A stretch of DNA of 64,000 bases, taken from contig DJOD01000049.1 of NCBI GenBank assembly GCA_002437115.1, forward strand, positions 1,752 through 65,751, written 5' to 3'. The notes beneath the pieces were generated by a model. It was given only the letters and a program-made list of their open reading frames with translations, was not told the DNA's origin and ran no database searches. Of this stretch, positions 50,397 to 60,451 are shown in pieces; position 1 is the first letter of the stretch; the number at the start of each line of letters is the position of its first letter. A program made the translations under genes and the position numbers. Origin of the DNA: Prevotella sp. UBA6447 (lineage in GTDB: Bacteria > Bacteroidota > Bacteroidia > Bacteroidales > Bacteroidaceae).

Positions 50397-51980
50397 TTAT
50401 CGCATGGCGCGCTTCACGGTGACACGTGTGCCGTTGGCACGCGTGGTGGTGACGAGTACCACGCTGCCGGGCACGGGGCGCACGAGACGTTGGCCAGCGA
50501 GGTTGGCGTAGGTGGTCGTTCGCGCAGTGCCCGATTCCGTGGTCGAGTGGATGCCGTTGCTCACGAAGTTGTAGCGGGCGCGGTCGCTCACGTTGGTCAC
50601 GCCGTCGACGGTGTAGGCACTCTCCACCTCCACATAGTTGGCGTGGAGGTCGTAGAAGCACACGACCTTGTAGCCTGGGTTGGAATAGAAGTCGTAGTTG
50701 TCGGCGAAGTTGTAGGGTATGTCGGTCATGTCGGTGTCAAGCTTCACATAGGTGGATGGCTTGAAGGTGTAGGGCTCGCCTTCAACATAGAAGCGATAGA
50801 CCAGCTTGTCGGCATTGATGTAGTTGCCGTCGATGTCATTTTGTGGCACCTTCACATAGAACGTCGTGTTGGCCTCGTCGTATTGCAGAATCTCAGGTGT
50901 GGCGGGCTTGGCCGCGTGGTCGCCGGGATAGTAGGTGAGCGAGATGTTGTTCACGCCCGACTTGATGTTCTGTATGTTGTAGTCGGTCTCGCAGAGAGCC
51001 ACCTCCTTGGGTTGAAGCGTGAGTGTGTGGCGGTCGGTGGACAGTTGGAACACGAAGTTCTGCTTGAATTCGGCGTTGTAGTCGGCATCAAACACGATGG
51101 GCATCAAGCGGAAGTAGAAAAGGTCTGCGTCCTTGACGATCTGTCCTGCCTTGATGTGAACCTGCCCATCGTGCACACTTCCCTCATACACCTCGTCAGG
51201 AGAGGAGGCCGCAAGACCGGCAATGTAGCACTTGTCGCCGTCGAAGGCTACCTTTGTGAGCCGTGTGGTGTTGCCTCCCTGCAAGTCGGAACCTTGGAGC
51301 ACGTATGTGTCGGGGGTTACTCCCTCGGGAAAATTCCAGCGCACCAGCTCGCCCATGGGCATCAGCGAGAGGCCGTTGAACATGCCAAACGAAGAGAAGT
51401 AGCCATCTTCCTCTGAATCCTTATAAATGACGAGGTGGTCGGCCGCGTTGTCCTGCGTGATCTTGCCGTCGGCTCCGACGGTGAATGTCATTGCGCTTTC
51501 AAACTCAGTTACTGTGCCGTAATCGTCAAGATGCGCAATCTGGAGATAGAGCGTGTGGGCCTCGTTTTTCACAAGCACCTGGCCAGCCTTGATCGTGATC
51601 TTGTCGCCAGCGCGTGTTCCCTTTATCCAGCTTTCGCGTGAGCCCTTGGTCTCGCGGTTGCCGCCGGGCGTGAGGCTGTTGAACCATAGAGCCTGGCCAT
51701 CGGGAGCGGTGCGGACGGTCACCTTGCCATTGGTGTAGCTGCTTTCCATGAAGCCGTCGTTGTCGGTGTAGCTCATGATGTAGAGCTCGTCGGTTCCAAT
51801 GGGGTCGTAGGTAGGTGCTGTGTCGCGCGGCACGTCGATGCTTTTCGCAAGCGTGCCTTTGGGCGCTTTCATCACTTGCTGAGTGCGCTTTGCTGCCTGT
51901 TGGCCCGTGAGGTGCAGGCTTTGTGCGGCCGCGTTGAGCGCGGCACAGAAGAGAATCATCAGAAGTAGAGTTTTCTTCAT
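50397..51980 (-). CDS. Secreted hypothetical protein with C-terminal sorting domain
   Basis: Signal peptide MKKTLLLMILFCAALNAAA-Q; AKPATPEI module; tail YANLAGQRL...; the upstream ORF extension into prfC is spurious. Confidence 0.8.
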   Translation of the reverse strand: MKKTLLLMILFCAALNAAAQSLHLTGQQAAKRTQQVMKAPKGTLAKSIDVPRDTAPTYDPIGTDELYIMSYTDNDGFMESSYTNGKVTVRTAPDGQALWFNSLTPGGNRETKGSRESWIKGTRAGDKITIKAGQVLVKNEAHTLYLQIAHLDDYGTVTEFESAMTFTVGADGKITQDNAADHLVIYKDSEEDGYFSSFGMFNGLSLMPMGELVRWNFPEGVTPDTYVLQGSDLQGGNTTRLTKVAFDGDKCYIAGLAASSPDEVYEGSVHDGQVHIKAGQIVKDADLFYFRLMPIVFDADYNAEFKQNFVFQLSTDRHTLTLQPKEVALCETDYNIQNIKSGVNNISLTYYPGDHAAKPATPEILQYDEANTTFYVKVPQNDIDGNYINADKLVYRFYVEGEPYTFKPSTYVKLDTDMTDIPYNFADNYDFYSNPGYKVVCFYDLHANYVEVESAYTVDGVTNVSDRARYNFVSNGIHSTTESGTARTTTYANLAGQRLVRPVPGSVVLVTTTRANGTRVTVKRAMR

Positions 51981-52025
51981 GTTGGAATAATTTTGTTTGT
52001 GGATGAATAAACTGATATGAGCGAT

Positions 52026-52073
52026 AAAAAAAGTGGCGATGACATCGCCCTGTAAAAGTGATGCCACCGCCAC
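52026..52073 (-). terminator. Terminator after prfC
   Basis: Minus strand GTGGCGGTGGCATCAC...GCGATGTCATCGCCAC-T7. Confidence 0.8.
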
Positions 52074-52087
52074 GTATAGGTGGATGC

Positions 52088-53686
52088 TTAAAACTCGCTG
52101 GTGAAATGGAAGCGGATGTGGGTGAAGTCCTGTTGCGCCATGGACAAGACGTAGCTCGAGTCGGCAAGGAACACGTCGCGACCCTCTATGTCTTTGGCCA
52201 TGTACTGGTACTTGCGCTTCTTGAAATTGTCGAGCTCCGCAGCGTCGTCGCTCTCCACCCAACAAGCCTTGTAGAGGTGGACAGGCTCCCAGCGGCACTT
52301 GGCGTTGTACTCATGCTCCAGGCGATACTGGATAACCTCAAACTGAAGCTGTCCGACGGTTCCGATGATGCGACGGTTGTTGAACTGGTTGACGAACATC
52401 TGTGCCACGCCCTCGTTCATCAGTTGCTCGATACCTTTCTGAAACTGTTTGGTCTTCATCGGATCGTCGTTCTCGATATACTTGAACAGCTCAGGTGAGA
52501 ACGACGGCAGGCCACGGAAATGGAGCTCTTCGCCCTCCGTCAGGGTGTCGCCAATCTTGAAGATGCCGTTGTCGGGCAGACCTACGATGTCGCCAGGGTA
52601 AGCCTCGTCGACCGTGCTCTTGCGTTGTGCCATAAACTGGGTAGGAGACGAGAAACGAACCGTCTTGTCAAGCCGCACGTGCTTGTAGGGCGCATTGCGC
52701 ACAAACCTGCCCGAGCAGACCTTGCAGAAGGCGATGCATGAACGGTGGTTGGGGTCTATGTTGGCCGTAATCTTGAAGACGAAGCCAGTGAACTTGCTTT
52801 CCGTGGGCTCCACGATACGTTCCTCGGCCTTTGTCGGGCGAGGACTTGGGGCAATCTCCACAAAGCAGTTGAGCAGTTCCTGCACGCCGAAGTTGTTGAG
52901 CGCTGAGCCGAAGAACACTGGAGCCACGTCGGCCTTGAGGTAATCGGCAGTGTCGAATGTGGGGTACACGCCATCGATGAGTTCCAGCTCTTCGCGCAGG
53001 CGTTGGGCTTCTTGCTCGCCGACGTGGTTGTCGAGGTCGGAACTGTTGACATCCACAGCCACCTTCTCAGTGACGCGCTGCTTGTTGGGCGTGAAGAGGT
53101 TGAGCTGCTGTTCGTAGATGTTGTAGACCCCCTTGAACTTGGCACCTTGGCCGATAGGCCACGACAAGGGCCTGACGTGTATCTGCAACTCTTGCTCGAG
53201 CTCGTCGAGCAGGTCGAAGGGGTCGCGGCCCTCGCGGTCCATCTTGTTGATGAAAATGATGACCGGCGTCTTGCGCATGCGGCATACCTCCATGAGCTTT
53301 CGCGTCTGCGCCTCCACACCTTTTGCCGAGTCGACCACGATGATGGCCGAGTCGACAGCCGTCAAGGTGCGGTAGGTGTCTTCTGCAAAATCTTGGTGTC
53401 CAGGCGTGTCGAGGATGTTGACCTTGTAGGGTTCTCCCTCCTGTCCCTCGGGCAGGTAGTCGAACTCCATGACAGATGTCGACACGGAAATTCCGCGTTG
53501 CTTCTCGATGTCCATCCAGTCGGACGTGGCCGTCTTTCGGATCTTGTTGTTTTTGACGGCTCCAGCCACCTGGATTTGTCCGCCAAAGAGCAAGAATTTC
53601 TCCGTGAGGGTGGTTTTACCGGCATCGGGGTGTGATATGATGGCGAAGGTGCGTCGCCGTTTGATTTCGTTTGCTATGGTAGCCAT
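52088..53686 (-). CDS. prfC: Peptide chain release factor 3
   Basis: [41 protein letters not shown]. Confidence 0.97.
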   Translation of the reverse strand: MATIANEIKRRRTFAIISHPDAGKTTLTEKFLLFGGQIQVAGAVKNNKIRKTATSDWMDIEKQRGISVSTSVMEFDYLPEGQEGEPYKVNILDTPGHQDFAEDTYRTLTAVDSAIIVVDSAKGVEAQTRKLMEVCRMRKTPVIIFINKMDREGRDPFDLLDELEQELQIHVRPLSWPIGQGAKFKGVYNIYEQQLNLFTPNKQRVTEKVAVDVNSSDLDNHVGEQEAQRLREELELIDGVYPTFDTADYLKADVAPVFFGSALNNFGVQELLNCFVEIAPSPRPTKAEERIVEPTESKFTGFVFKITANIDPNHRSCIAFCKVCSGRFVRNAPYKHVRLDKTVRFSSPTQFMAQRKSTVDEAYPGDIVGLPDNGIFKIGDTLTEGEELHFRGLPSFSPELFKYIENDDPMKTKQFQKGIEQLMNEGVAQMFVNQFNNRRIIGTVGQLQFEVIQYRLEHEYNAKCRWEPVHLYKACWVESDDAAELDNFKKRKYQYMAKDIEGRDVFLADSSYVLSMAQQDFTHIRFHFTSEF

Positions 53687-53707
53687 TTAGATGTTTGAGG
53701 GATGGAT

Positions 53708-54592
53708 TTATTGTTGTTTGAGCAGTGCTGCCACACATTTCTTGAGGCTGTCCTCCCAGTAGGGCACGCTCACGCCGAATGTTTCCTTGATCTTGGTCTT
53801 GTCGAGCACGCTGTAGGCAGGGCGTTTCACGGGCGAGGGAAACTCGTCGCTGTGGCAGGGCTCTATGTCGCAGGTCGTGTTTCCTGCCAGCTCAGCAATC
53901 TTTTTCGTGAAGTCGTACCACGACGTGACACCCTCGTTGGAAAAGTGGTAGATGCCCGTGTGTCCTGAGTACAGGCGCTTTTCCACGATGTCAAAAATGG
54001 CTTGTGCCAAGTCGCCGGCGTAGGTGGGCGTTCCCGTTTGGTCGAACACCACCTTGAGCTTGGGCTTGGTGGCGGTGAGCTGCAACATGGTCTTCACAAA
54101 GTTGTGGCCAAATTCCGAATAGAGCCACGCCGTGCGGATGATGATGTGGTTGGCGCCAGTGGCCTCTATTTGCTGCTCTCCGTGGAGCTTGGTCAGTCCA
54201 TAGACTCCCGTAGGTGTTCCCTTCTGGTCTTCACGGCACGGAGTGTTGTAGGGATCACCGCCAAAGACATAGTCGGTGCTGATGTGAACCAGCAGTCCGC
54301 CCACTTCCTTCATGGCCTGTGCCAGGTGGGCGGGAGCAGTGGCGTTGAGCGTTTCGACGATAGGTCCAGCCGTTTCAGCCTTGTCAACATTGGTCCACGC
54401 GGCACAGTTGATGATACACTGGACGTTATTTTCCTTGACGGCCTTGCGTATGTCGTCGAGGTTGGTGATGTCGAGCTTTTGATAACCTTCACACACGTCG
54501 GTGAAGATGTAGTTGTCTTGTTTCGACTGTTTGCTGACCAGTTGCATTTCGTTTCCCAACTGGCCGTTGGCTCCTGTTACAAGTATGTTCAT
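53708..54592 (-). CDS. rfbD: dTDP-4-dehydrorhamnose reductase
   Basis: GANGQLG, AAWTNVDKAE, HISTDYVF, YGLTK, DQTGTPT, RPAYSVLD. Confidence 0.95.
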   Translation of the reverse strand: MNILVTGANGQLGNEMQLVSKQSKQDNYIFTDVCEGYQKLDITNLDDIRKAVKENNVQCIINCAAWTNVDKAETAGPIVETLNATAPAHLAQAMKEVGGLLVHISTDYVFGGDPYNTPCREDQKGTPTGVYGLTKLHGEQQIEATGANHIIIRTAWLYSEFGHNFVKTMLQLTATKPKLKVVFDQTGTPTYAGDLAQAIFDIVEKRLYSGHTGIYHFSNEGVTSWYDFTKKIAELAGNTTCDIEPCHSDEFPSPVKRPAYSVLDKTKIKETFGVSVPYWEDSLKKCVAALLKQQ

Positions 54593-54660
54593 GACTATTA
54601 GGGGTTAATTGTTGTGTAATGTCTTGTTTTCTTGTTATCCAGGTTTCCGAGATGGAACCC

Positions 54661-55209
54661 TTATTCGTCGCCGAAGTCGAGCCCTTCCGTGCGATCCTTG
54701 GCATAGTAGTCGCTCAGCATCCCCACAAAAGTGGTTATCTCCTTGATGGCACTTTCCGTTTCGGCCGACACCTCTTTCTGTTGCATGCGCAGCAACATGA
54801 CGCCATAGAGGGCATCGAGGCAGGTCTCAATCTCGCTGATGTCCTTGTCGCCTTTGTTGCGGAGCTCCACGATGAACGGCAGCACCTTGTAATATTCAGC
54901 GTTGTAGAATGGGAATTTGCCTGACTGCAATAAGTGGTTGTGGAGCTCAGCCAAGTCTTGAAGCGTCACTTGGTTAATCTGCAAGTGGCCTTGCTCGCGT
55001 TTCCCCTCTTCGTTCATCATGCGTATGAGGTTGCCAAACCAGTCGGTCTCCTCATCCTTTTGGTCGTCTGTGTACTCAAACTTGCTGATGTATTCGCGCC
55101 GCAAGCGGCTGAGCGAACAGTCGTAGGCTCGTATGAGGTCTTCGATTTGCCACATGTAGAGCAGATACTCGGCAATCGACTTTTTGCGGATTTGTTGTGC
55201 TATGAACAT
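54661..55209 (-). CDS. DUF4924-like conserved protein
   Basis: IAEYLLYMWQIEDLIRA, GHLQIN, ALYGVMLLR. Confidence 0.8.
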   Translation of the reverse strand: MFIAQQIRKKSIAEYLLYMWQIEDLIRAYDCSLSRLRREYISKFEYTDDQKDEETDWFGNLIRMMNEEGKREQGHLQINQVTLQDLAELHNHLLQSGKFPFYNAEYYKVLPFIVELRNKGDKDISEIETCLDALYGVMLLRMQQKEVSAETESAIKEITTFVGMLSDYYAKDRTEGLDFGDE

Positions 55210-55271
55210 TGTTGCTTTGTTTTTCGGATGACACGATGGGCGCAGTGTGACACTGCCATCTGTGTTGGCGC

Positions 55272-55946
55272 CTAATAATGAAAGGCATAAAGGTTGAACA
55301 CGGTGCCGATGAGCACCGCGACGGAGAAGAGGATGACGATGCTCCCAATCACGCGGTTGATGATGAGAATGCCCGTCTCGTCAAACTTGTTGCCCACCTT
55401 GCAGACAATCCATGTTAGCCCATACCACCAGAGCAACGCCCCCACCACGATGCTGGCGTACCCGGCAGCCATCTCCACGGGATGGTCGGGTATGACGAAG
55501 GCGAACTGTGCGAAAGCAGCCATGAAGAGGAAAATGATGAGCGGGTTGGAGAAGGTCACGAGGAAAGCCGTGATGCCATTGTGGAGCAGCGAGCCCTTCT
55601 TGTTCTGTGTCGCCTTGCCGACGTTGCGCGATGGCTTGCTCCGCCAGCAATAGATGCCGAAGAGCATGAGCACGACGCTGCCTGATATCTGCAGCCAAAA
55701 CTTGTTGGTGGGATTGGTGATGAGATCCATGACAAAGCTCATGCCCAACCCCGTGAAAAGCGCATAGATGATGTCGCTCACGGCGGCACCAATCCCCGTC
55801 ACAAAGCCATACCAACGCCCTTTCCTGAGTGTGCGTTGTATGCATAATATGCCGACTGGCCCCATCGGCGCCGAGGCGATAATTCCGATGAGCACACCTT
55901 TGATAATCAGCTCAAAGAGGTCTATATGTATGGGGAATGGCATCAT
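55272..55946 (-). CDS. LysE family translocator
   Basis: SAPMGPVG..CIQRTL..G...G..TG.GAA..D, NPL; promoter at 55955-55962. Confidence 0.88.
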   Translation of the reverse strand: MMPFPIHIDLFELIIKGVLIGIIASAPMGPVGILCIQRTLRKGRWYGFVTGIGAAVSDIIYALFTGLGMSFVMDLITNPTNKFWLQISGSVVLMLFGIYCWRSKPSRNVGKATQNKKGSLLHNGITAFLVTFSNPLIIFLFMAAFAQFAFVIPDHPVEMAAGYASIVVGALLWWYGLTWIVCKVGNKFDETGILIINRVIGSIVILFSVAVLIGTVFNLYAFHY

Positions 55947-56016
55947 TCAGTTTGCAAAGTTAAGTTTTTTTCTTGGATTGAGCAAATGTTTTTTGGGGAT
56001 AGCTGAGCACGGGTGC

Positions 56017-57831
56017 TCACTCGGTGGAGAAGTCGGCCACGACGTTTCGGTAGGTGCGGTAGAGCCGTGTGCGCGTGATGTAGCCCTGCAACACGTTGTT
56101 GATGTCGACAACAGGCAACGCGCTGGCGTTGGTCGTGTCAAACTTCCGCATCACGTCGGTCATGGGCTCGTTGCGGTAGAGAATGGTCGGCACGGGTGTC
56201 ATGACTTGGCTGGCGCGCAACTTCTGGTAGAGCTCCGGGCGGAAGACGATGTTGCGTATCTTGGTGATGTTGATTTCGCCGAGGAGGCGCCCGCCTTGGT
56301 CGAGTACTGGCAGGAAGTCGCTGTCGCTGTTGCTGAGCACGCTGACCACGCGCCCCAATGGCATATCGGGGTTGACGCTGGTGCAGTCTTTCTCGATGAT
56401 GGCCTCCATACTCATCAGCGTGAGCACGCTGCGGTCGGTGTGGTGGGTGACGAGCTTGCCCTCGCGCGCCAGGCGCATGGCATAGATGCTGTGAGGCTCG
56501 AAGATGCTGATGACCATGACGCTGGTGACGCTCACTATGAGCAGTGGCACGAAGAGCTGGTAGCCCCCCGTGATCTCGGCGATGAGGAAGATGCCCGTGA
56601 GGGGCGCGTGCATCACGCCGGCCATGACGCCGGCCATGCCGAGGAGCGTGAAGTTTTTCTCGGGTATGTAGACTCCTATCTGCTCCATGTTCCACAGGTG
56701 GGCGAAGAGGAATCCCGCGTAGCCGCCCACGAAGAGCGAAGGTGCGAAGGTGCCGCCGCATCCACCTGCCCCGTTTGTCGATGAGGTGGCCACAATCTTG
56801 GTCAGCAGCACCAAGGCCACGTAGACGACAAGCAGGTTAGAATGGCCATAGAAGAGCGAGCCGTCCATCACCTGGTCCCAGTCGGCTTGCGTCTTTCCGT
56901 TGAGCAGGATGCCAAGACTGTCCCAGCCCTCGCCATAGAGCGACGGGAAGAAAAAGATGAGCGTGCTCAGCACCAGTCCGCCGAGCAACAGCTTGTGGTA
57001 AGGGTGCCGCCGCATCCGCGCGAAGATGCTCTCACACCAGTTCATGCCGCGCATGAAGTAGAGGCTCGTGAAGCCGCAGAACACCCCCAGCAGGACGGTA
57101 GCGGGAATGCGTTCCACGCTCCATGCTGAGTCGAGCGTGAAGGTGAACATGGCCTTGTCGCCCACGAGCATGTAGCTTGTCACGTTGGCGGTGATGGTGG
57201 CGATGAGGATGGGCACGATGGAACCCATGGTCATGTCGATCATCAGCACCTCCAGTGTGAACACCAGCCCGGCGATGGGAGCTTTGTAGATGCCTGCCAC
57301 GGCGGCGGCGGCTCCGCAGCCCACAAGGAGCATGAGTTGCCGCTTGTCGAGCTTGAAGAGTTGCCCGAGATTGCTGCCGATGGCCGACCCCGTGAGCACG
57401 ATAGGGGCTTCGGCACCCACCGATCCGCCGAAGCCAATGGTGATGGCCGAAGCCACTACCGATGTCCAGCAGTTGTGTCGCCTTAGCCGCGACCGCTTGG
57501 TGGATATGGCGTAGAGCACGCGCGTGATGCCATGTGATATGTTGTCGCGTACCACATATTTGATGAAGAGGGAGGTGAGCCAGATGCCCACCACGGGGAA
57601 GAGCAGGAAGAGCCAGTTGGGCGCGTGGGTGTCGAAGCCGTTTGTGAGCAGTTGCTGTATGAGGTGAATGATGGCATGCAGCAGATAGGCGGCCAGGGCG
57701 GCCAGGATGCCGATTACGAACGCCAGCACCTGCGTGGTCTGCTTGTCGGTGAGGTTGCGTTGCCTCCAAGCCACCAACTTGCCGAGCAGGGCGTTTGCCG
57801 TCGGGGGTGTTGCGGTCATGGAATGGGTCAT
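56017..57831 (-). CDS. ClC chloride channel protein with CBS domains
   Basis: ISHGI, GGSVGAEAP, GGTFAPSLF, HAPLTG; C-terminal CBS pair; ATGA overlap with tsaC. Confidence 0.92.
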   Translation of the reverse strand: MTHSMTATPPTANALLGKLVAWRQRNLTDKQTTQVLAFVIGILAALAAYLLHAIIHLIQQLLTNGFDTHAPNWLFLLFPVVGIWLTSLFIKYVVRDNISHGITRVLYAISTKRSRLRRHNCWTSVVASAITIGFGGSVGAEAPIVLTGSAIGSNLGQLFKLDKRQLMLLVGCGAAAAVAGIYKAPIAGLVFTLEVLMIDMTMGSIVPILIATITANVTSYMLVGDKAMFTFTLDSAWSVERIPATVLLGVFCGFTSLYFMRGMNWCESIFARMRRHPYHKLLLGGLVLSTLIFFFPSLYGEGWDSLGILLNGKTQADWDQVMDGSLFYGHSNLLVVYVALVLLTKIVATSSTNGAGGCGGTFAPSLFVGGYAGFLFAHLWNMEQIGVYIPEKNFTLLGMAGVMAGVMHAPLTGIFLIAEITGGYQLFVPLLIVSVTSVMVISIFEPHSIYAMRLAREGKLVTHHTDRSVLTLMSMEAIIEKDCTSVNPDMPLGRVVSVLSNSDSDFLPVLDQGGRLLGEINITKIRNIVFRPELYQKLRASQVMTPVPTILYRNEPMTDVMRKFDTTNASALPVVDINNVLQGYITRTRLYRTYRNVVADFSTE

Positions 57832-58397
57832 TTCCTGATGATGGTCACCTCCCCGTTGGCGCCGAGCTTCACGATGGAACTGGGCTTGTGTGGCTTGTGC
57901 TCTTGCCGGCGCGCGAAGCACACGTAGTCGGCTTGCTCCATCAGCTCAGGCGCGATGTCGCAGTAGTTTTGGGCGGCTGGTTGCCCACTGATGTTGACGC
58001 TGGTGGAGACCAGCGCTTTCTGGAAACGGTAGCAGAGCTCGTGTGAGAATGGTTCCTTCGTGATGCGCAAGGCGATGCTTCCGTCGTCGGCTATGAGGTT
58101 GGGCGCCAGGTTGACGGCACCGTCGAGGATGACGGTCATGGGGTTGACGGCCGCGTCGAGCAAGTCCCAAGCCACGGGCGGCACTTGTTTGACGTAGCGT
58201 TGCAGGCGTGCGTCGCTGTCGACGAGGCAGATGAGTGCCTTCGAGTCATCGCGTTGTTTCATCTTGTAAACCTTGGCTACGGCCTCGGCGTTGGTGGCGT
58301 CGCAGCCGATGCCCCACACGGTGTCAGTGGGGTAGAGAATGACGCCACCCTCACGGAGCACGCGGACGGCGTTGCGTATGTCTTCTTCTTGTGTCAT
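57828..58397 (-). CDS. tsaC: L-threonylcarbamoyladenylate synthase (YrdC/Sua5)
   Basis: YPTDTVWGIGCD, K.R..SK, STSVNISG; promoter at 58422-58429. Confidence 0.92.
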   Translation of the reverse strand: MTQEEDIRNAVRVLREGGVILYPTDTVWGIGCDATNAEAVAKVYKMKQRDDSKALICLVDSDARLQRYVKQVPPVAWDLLDAAVNPMTVILDGAVNLAPNLIADDGSIALRITKEPFSHELCYRFQKALVSTSVNISGQPAAQNYCDIAPELMEQADYVCFARRQEHKPHKPSSIVKLGANGEVTIIRK

Positions 58398-58462
58398 GTC
58401 TTTGAGTGTAATGATTCTAAGCAAAATTACTAATTCTTTGTGTCTCACCCAAATGTTTGGAC

Positions 58463-58500
58463 AAAAAAACGGCGCATCCCCCTCATTTCGGGATGCGCCG
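58463..58500 (-). terminator. Terminator after the NhaC gene
   Basis: Minus strand CGGCGCATCCC-loop-GGGATGCGCCG-T7. Confidence 0.85.
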
Positions 58501-58531
58501 CCTCTGTTTTTTCTCCTGCGCTTGCTTGCTG

Positions 58532-59989
58532 TCATATACCTGCCCCATCCTTTGGCCGCTTGAAGATCTTGTAGCCTGTGGCGGCCACGATGACGCTCAT
58601 CAAGGGCGAGATGATATTGAAGAAGCAGTAAGGCAAGTAGGCAAAGGTCGGCACGCCCAGCACCGTGCTCTGCGTCATGCCACAGGTGTTCCACGGAACG
58701 AGCACTGATGTCACGGTGACCGCGTCCTCGGTGGTTCGACTGAGCAGTCGGCGCTCATACCCCTGCTCATCATAGACATCGCGAAACATGTTGCCCGTGA
58801 GCAAGATGCAGAGGTACTGGTCGGCGATGGCCACATTGAGCATCAGACCCGTGGTGGCCGTCGAGGCGACGAGCGATGTGCGTCCCTTCACCAGGTGGAT
58901 GAAGAGGCGCGTGATGCCGCCCACCATACCCGACGCGGCCATGGTGCCACCGAAACACATGGCGCAGATGATGAGCCAGATGGTGTCCATCATGCCACCC
59001 ATGCCGCGCGTGGCCACCAGTGCGGCGAGCATGTCGTTGTCGGTGTGGAGGGCCGTGCTGCCATAGAGGCTCTTCATGGCTGCCGTGAAGGGCGATGGAG
59101 CGATTTCCGCAAGCACACTGGGCTGCCACACCAGGGCTGCCGCAACGGCCATGACCGACGACAGGAAGAGCGTGATGACAGGTGGCGTGCGGCGTGCGAT
59201 GAGGACACCCGTGAGCACGGGCACCGCGAGCAGCCACGGAGTGATGTTGAACCGCTGGCTGATAGCCTCGGTGAAGATGTCGATTTCTTGCGAACTGCTG
59301 GTGTGGGCAAACAGGCCGCCGATTGCAAAGATGACGAGGGCCAGGCACATCGACGGCACGGTGGTGATGAGCATGTAGCGGATATGCTTGAACAGTGGCA
59401 CGCCCAGGCTGCCCGAGGCCAGCGTGGTAGTCTCTGACAGCGGCGAGATCTTGTCGCCGAAGTAAGCCCCACTGATGATGGCGCCCGCCACCCATCCGTC
59501 GGCAAAGCCTTGTGCCCTGCCGATGCCCATGAGTGCGATGCCTATGGTGGCGATGGTGGTCCACGACGACCCCGTCATGACGCTCACCAAGGCACAGATG
59601 GCACACGTGGAGGCGAGGAAGATGTCAGGATGGATGATTTGCACGCCATAGTAGACCAGCGCGGGCACCACGCCGCTCACCATCCACACGCCACCCAGCG
59701 CGCCGATGAGCAAGAGGATGACGAGGGCGCTCGACACGCTGGCCACATTCTTGGTGATGGCTTTCTCAAAACTGGCCCACGGCACGTTGAGATAGCCCAT
59801 GCCGATGAGCACGCACAGGGCCGACACGGTGAGCAGCGTGATCTGCGACGCACCACCCAGTGCGTCACTGCCAAAAGCCTTGATGGTGACCGTGAGCATG
59901 ATCACGAGCACGGCGATGGGGGCCAGCGACAGCAGGGCCGACGGGCGGCGCTTCAGGGGCTCGCCTTTCTTGTTCCGGTTGTGTAACAT
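58532..59989 (-). CDS. NhaC family Na+/H+ antiporter
   Basis: GSSWTTIATIG, SGAYFGDKISPLSETT, LSRTTED, LVPWNTCG; start uncertain. Confidence 0.9.
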   Translation of the reverse strand: MLHNRNKKGEPLKRRPSALLSLAPIAVLVIMLTVTIKAFGSDALGGASQITLLTVSALCVLIGMGYLNVPWASFEKAITKNVASVSSALVILLLIGALGGVWMVSGVVPALVYYGVQIIHPDIFLASTCAICALVSVMTGSSWTTIATIGIALMGIGRAQGFADGWVAGAIISGAYFGDKISPLSETTTLASGSLGVPLFKHIRYMLITTVPSMCLALVIFAIGGLFAHTSSSQEIDIFTEAISQRFNITPWLLAVPVLTGVLIARRTPPVITLFLSSVMAVAAALVWQPSVLAEIAPSPFTAAMKSLYGSTALHTDNDMLAALVATRGMGGMMDTIWLIICAMCFGGTMAASGMVGGITRLFIHLVKGRTSLVASTATTGLMLNVAIADQYLCILLTGNMFRDVYDEQGYERRLLSRTTEDAVTVTSVLVPWNTCGMTQSTVLGVPTFAYLPYCFFNIISPLMSVIVAATGYKIFKRPKDGAGI

Positions 59990-60008
59990 GGGACTTGGTG
60001 TTGCGTGG

Positions 60009-60314
60009 TTACAATTCACCCAGTCCGTCGGCATCGAGGCGCAACAGACAGAACACCGCAAAGACGACAAACAGGATGGCCATGGCCGATAAGTAGATGA
60101 CGGCGCCTTTCTTGCGGGTGCCGTTGCCCTCGGTGGCTTTCAGGTATGTCTTCAGGTTGAGCACTTGGAACAGTGCCAGGAGAATAAATCCACCGAGTGC
60201 CAGAAAGAGATAGGCTTCGCCCAATCGGTTGTTGTGCTGTGTGGCCACTCCTGCCAGGACGAGCGCAAGACCCGCCCATTTCACGCCGTTGTGGCGTTTC
60301 AAGTTGTTTTCCAT
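60009..60314 (-). CDS. Hypothetical 3-TM membrane protein
   Basis: Three hydrophobic segments; promoter TACTTTTG at 60382-60389. Confidence 0.6.
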   Translation of the reverse strand: MENNLKRHNGVKWAGLALVLAGVATQHNNRLGEAYLFLALGGFILLALFQVLNLKTYLKATEGNGTRKKGAVIYLSAMAILFVVFAVFCLLRLDADGLGEL

Positions 60315-60451
60315 TTGTCTTGTCTGCGAAAAGTGATGGCTTTATGTCATGGTGTCTGCGCCGCATGGCGCAAAACGTTTGCAAAAGTACCACTTTTTTG
60401 TTTGTAAGACAAGTTGTTCGAGGTATTTTTGTGACAGGTTGACATTTTTGC

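Noticed and set aside
51981..52298. N-terminal extensions given by the ORF track (also at 43151, 57921, 58694, 63553 and 2089)
   Set aside because: They overlap neighbouring genes, promoters or terminators; downstream ATGs give signal peptides or ATGA coupling
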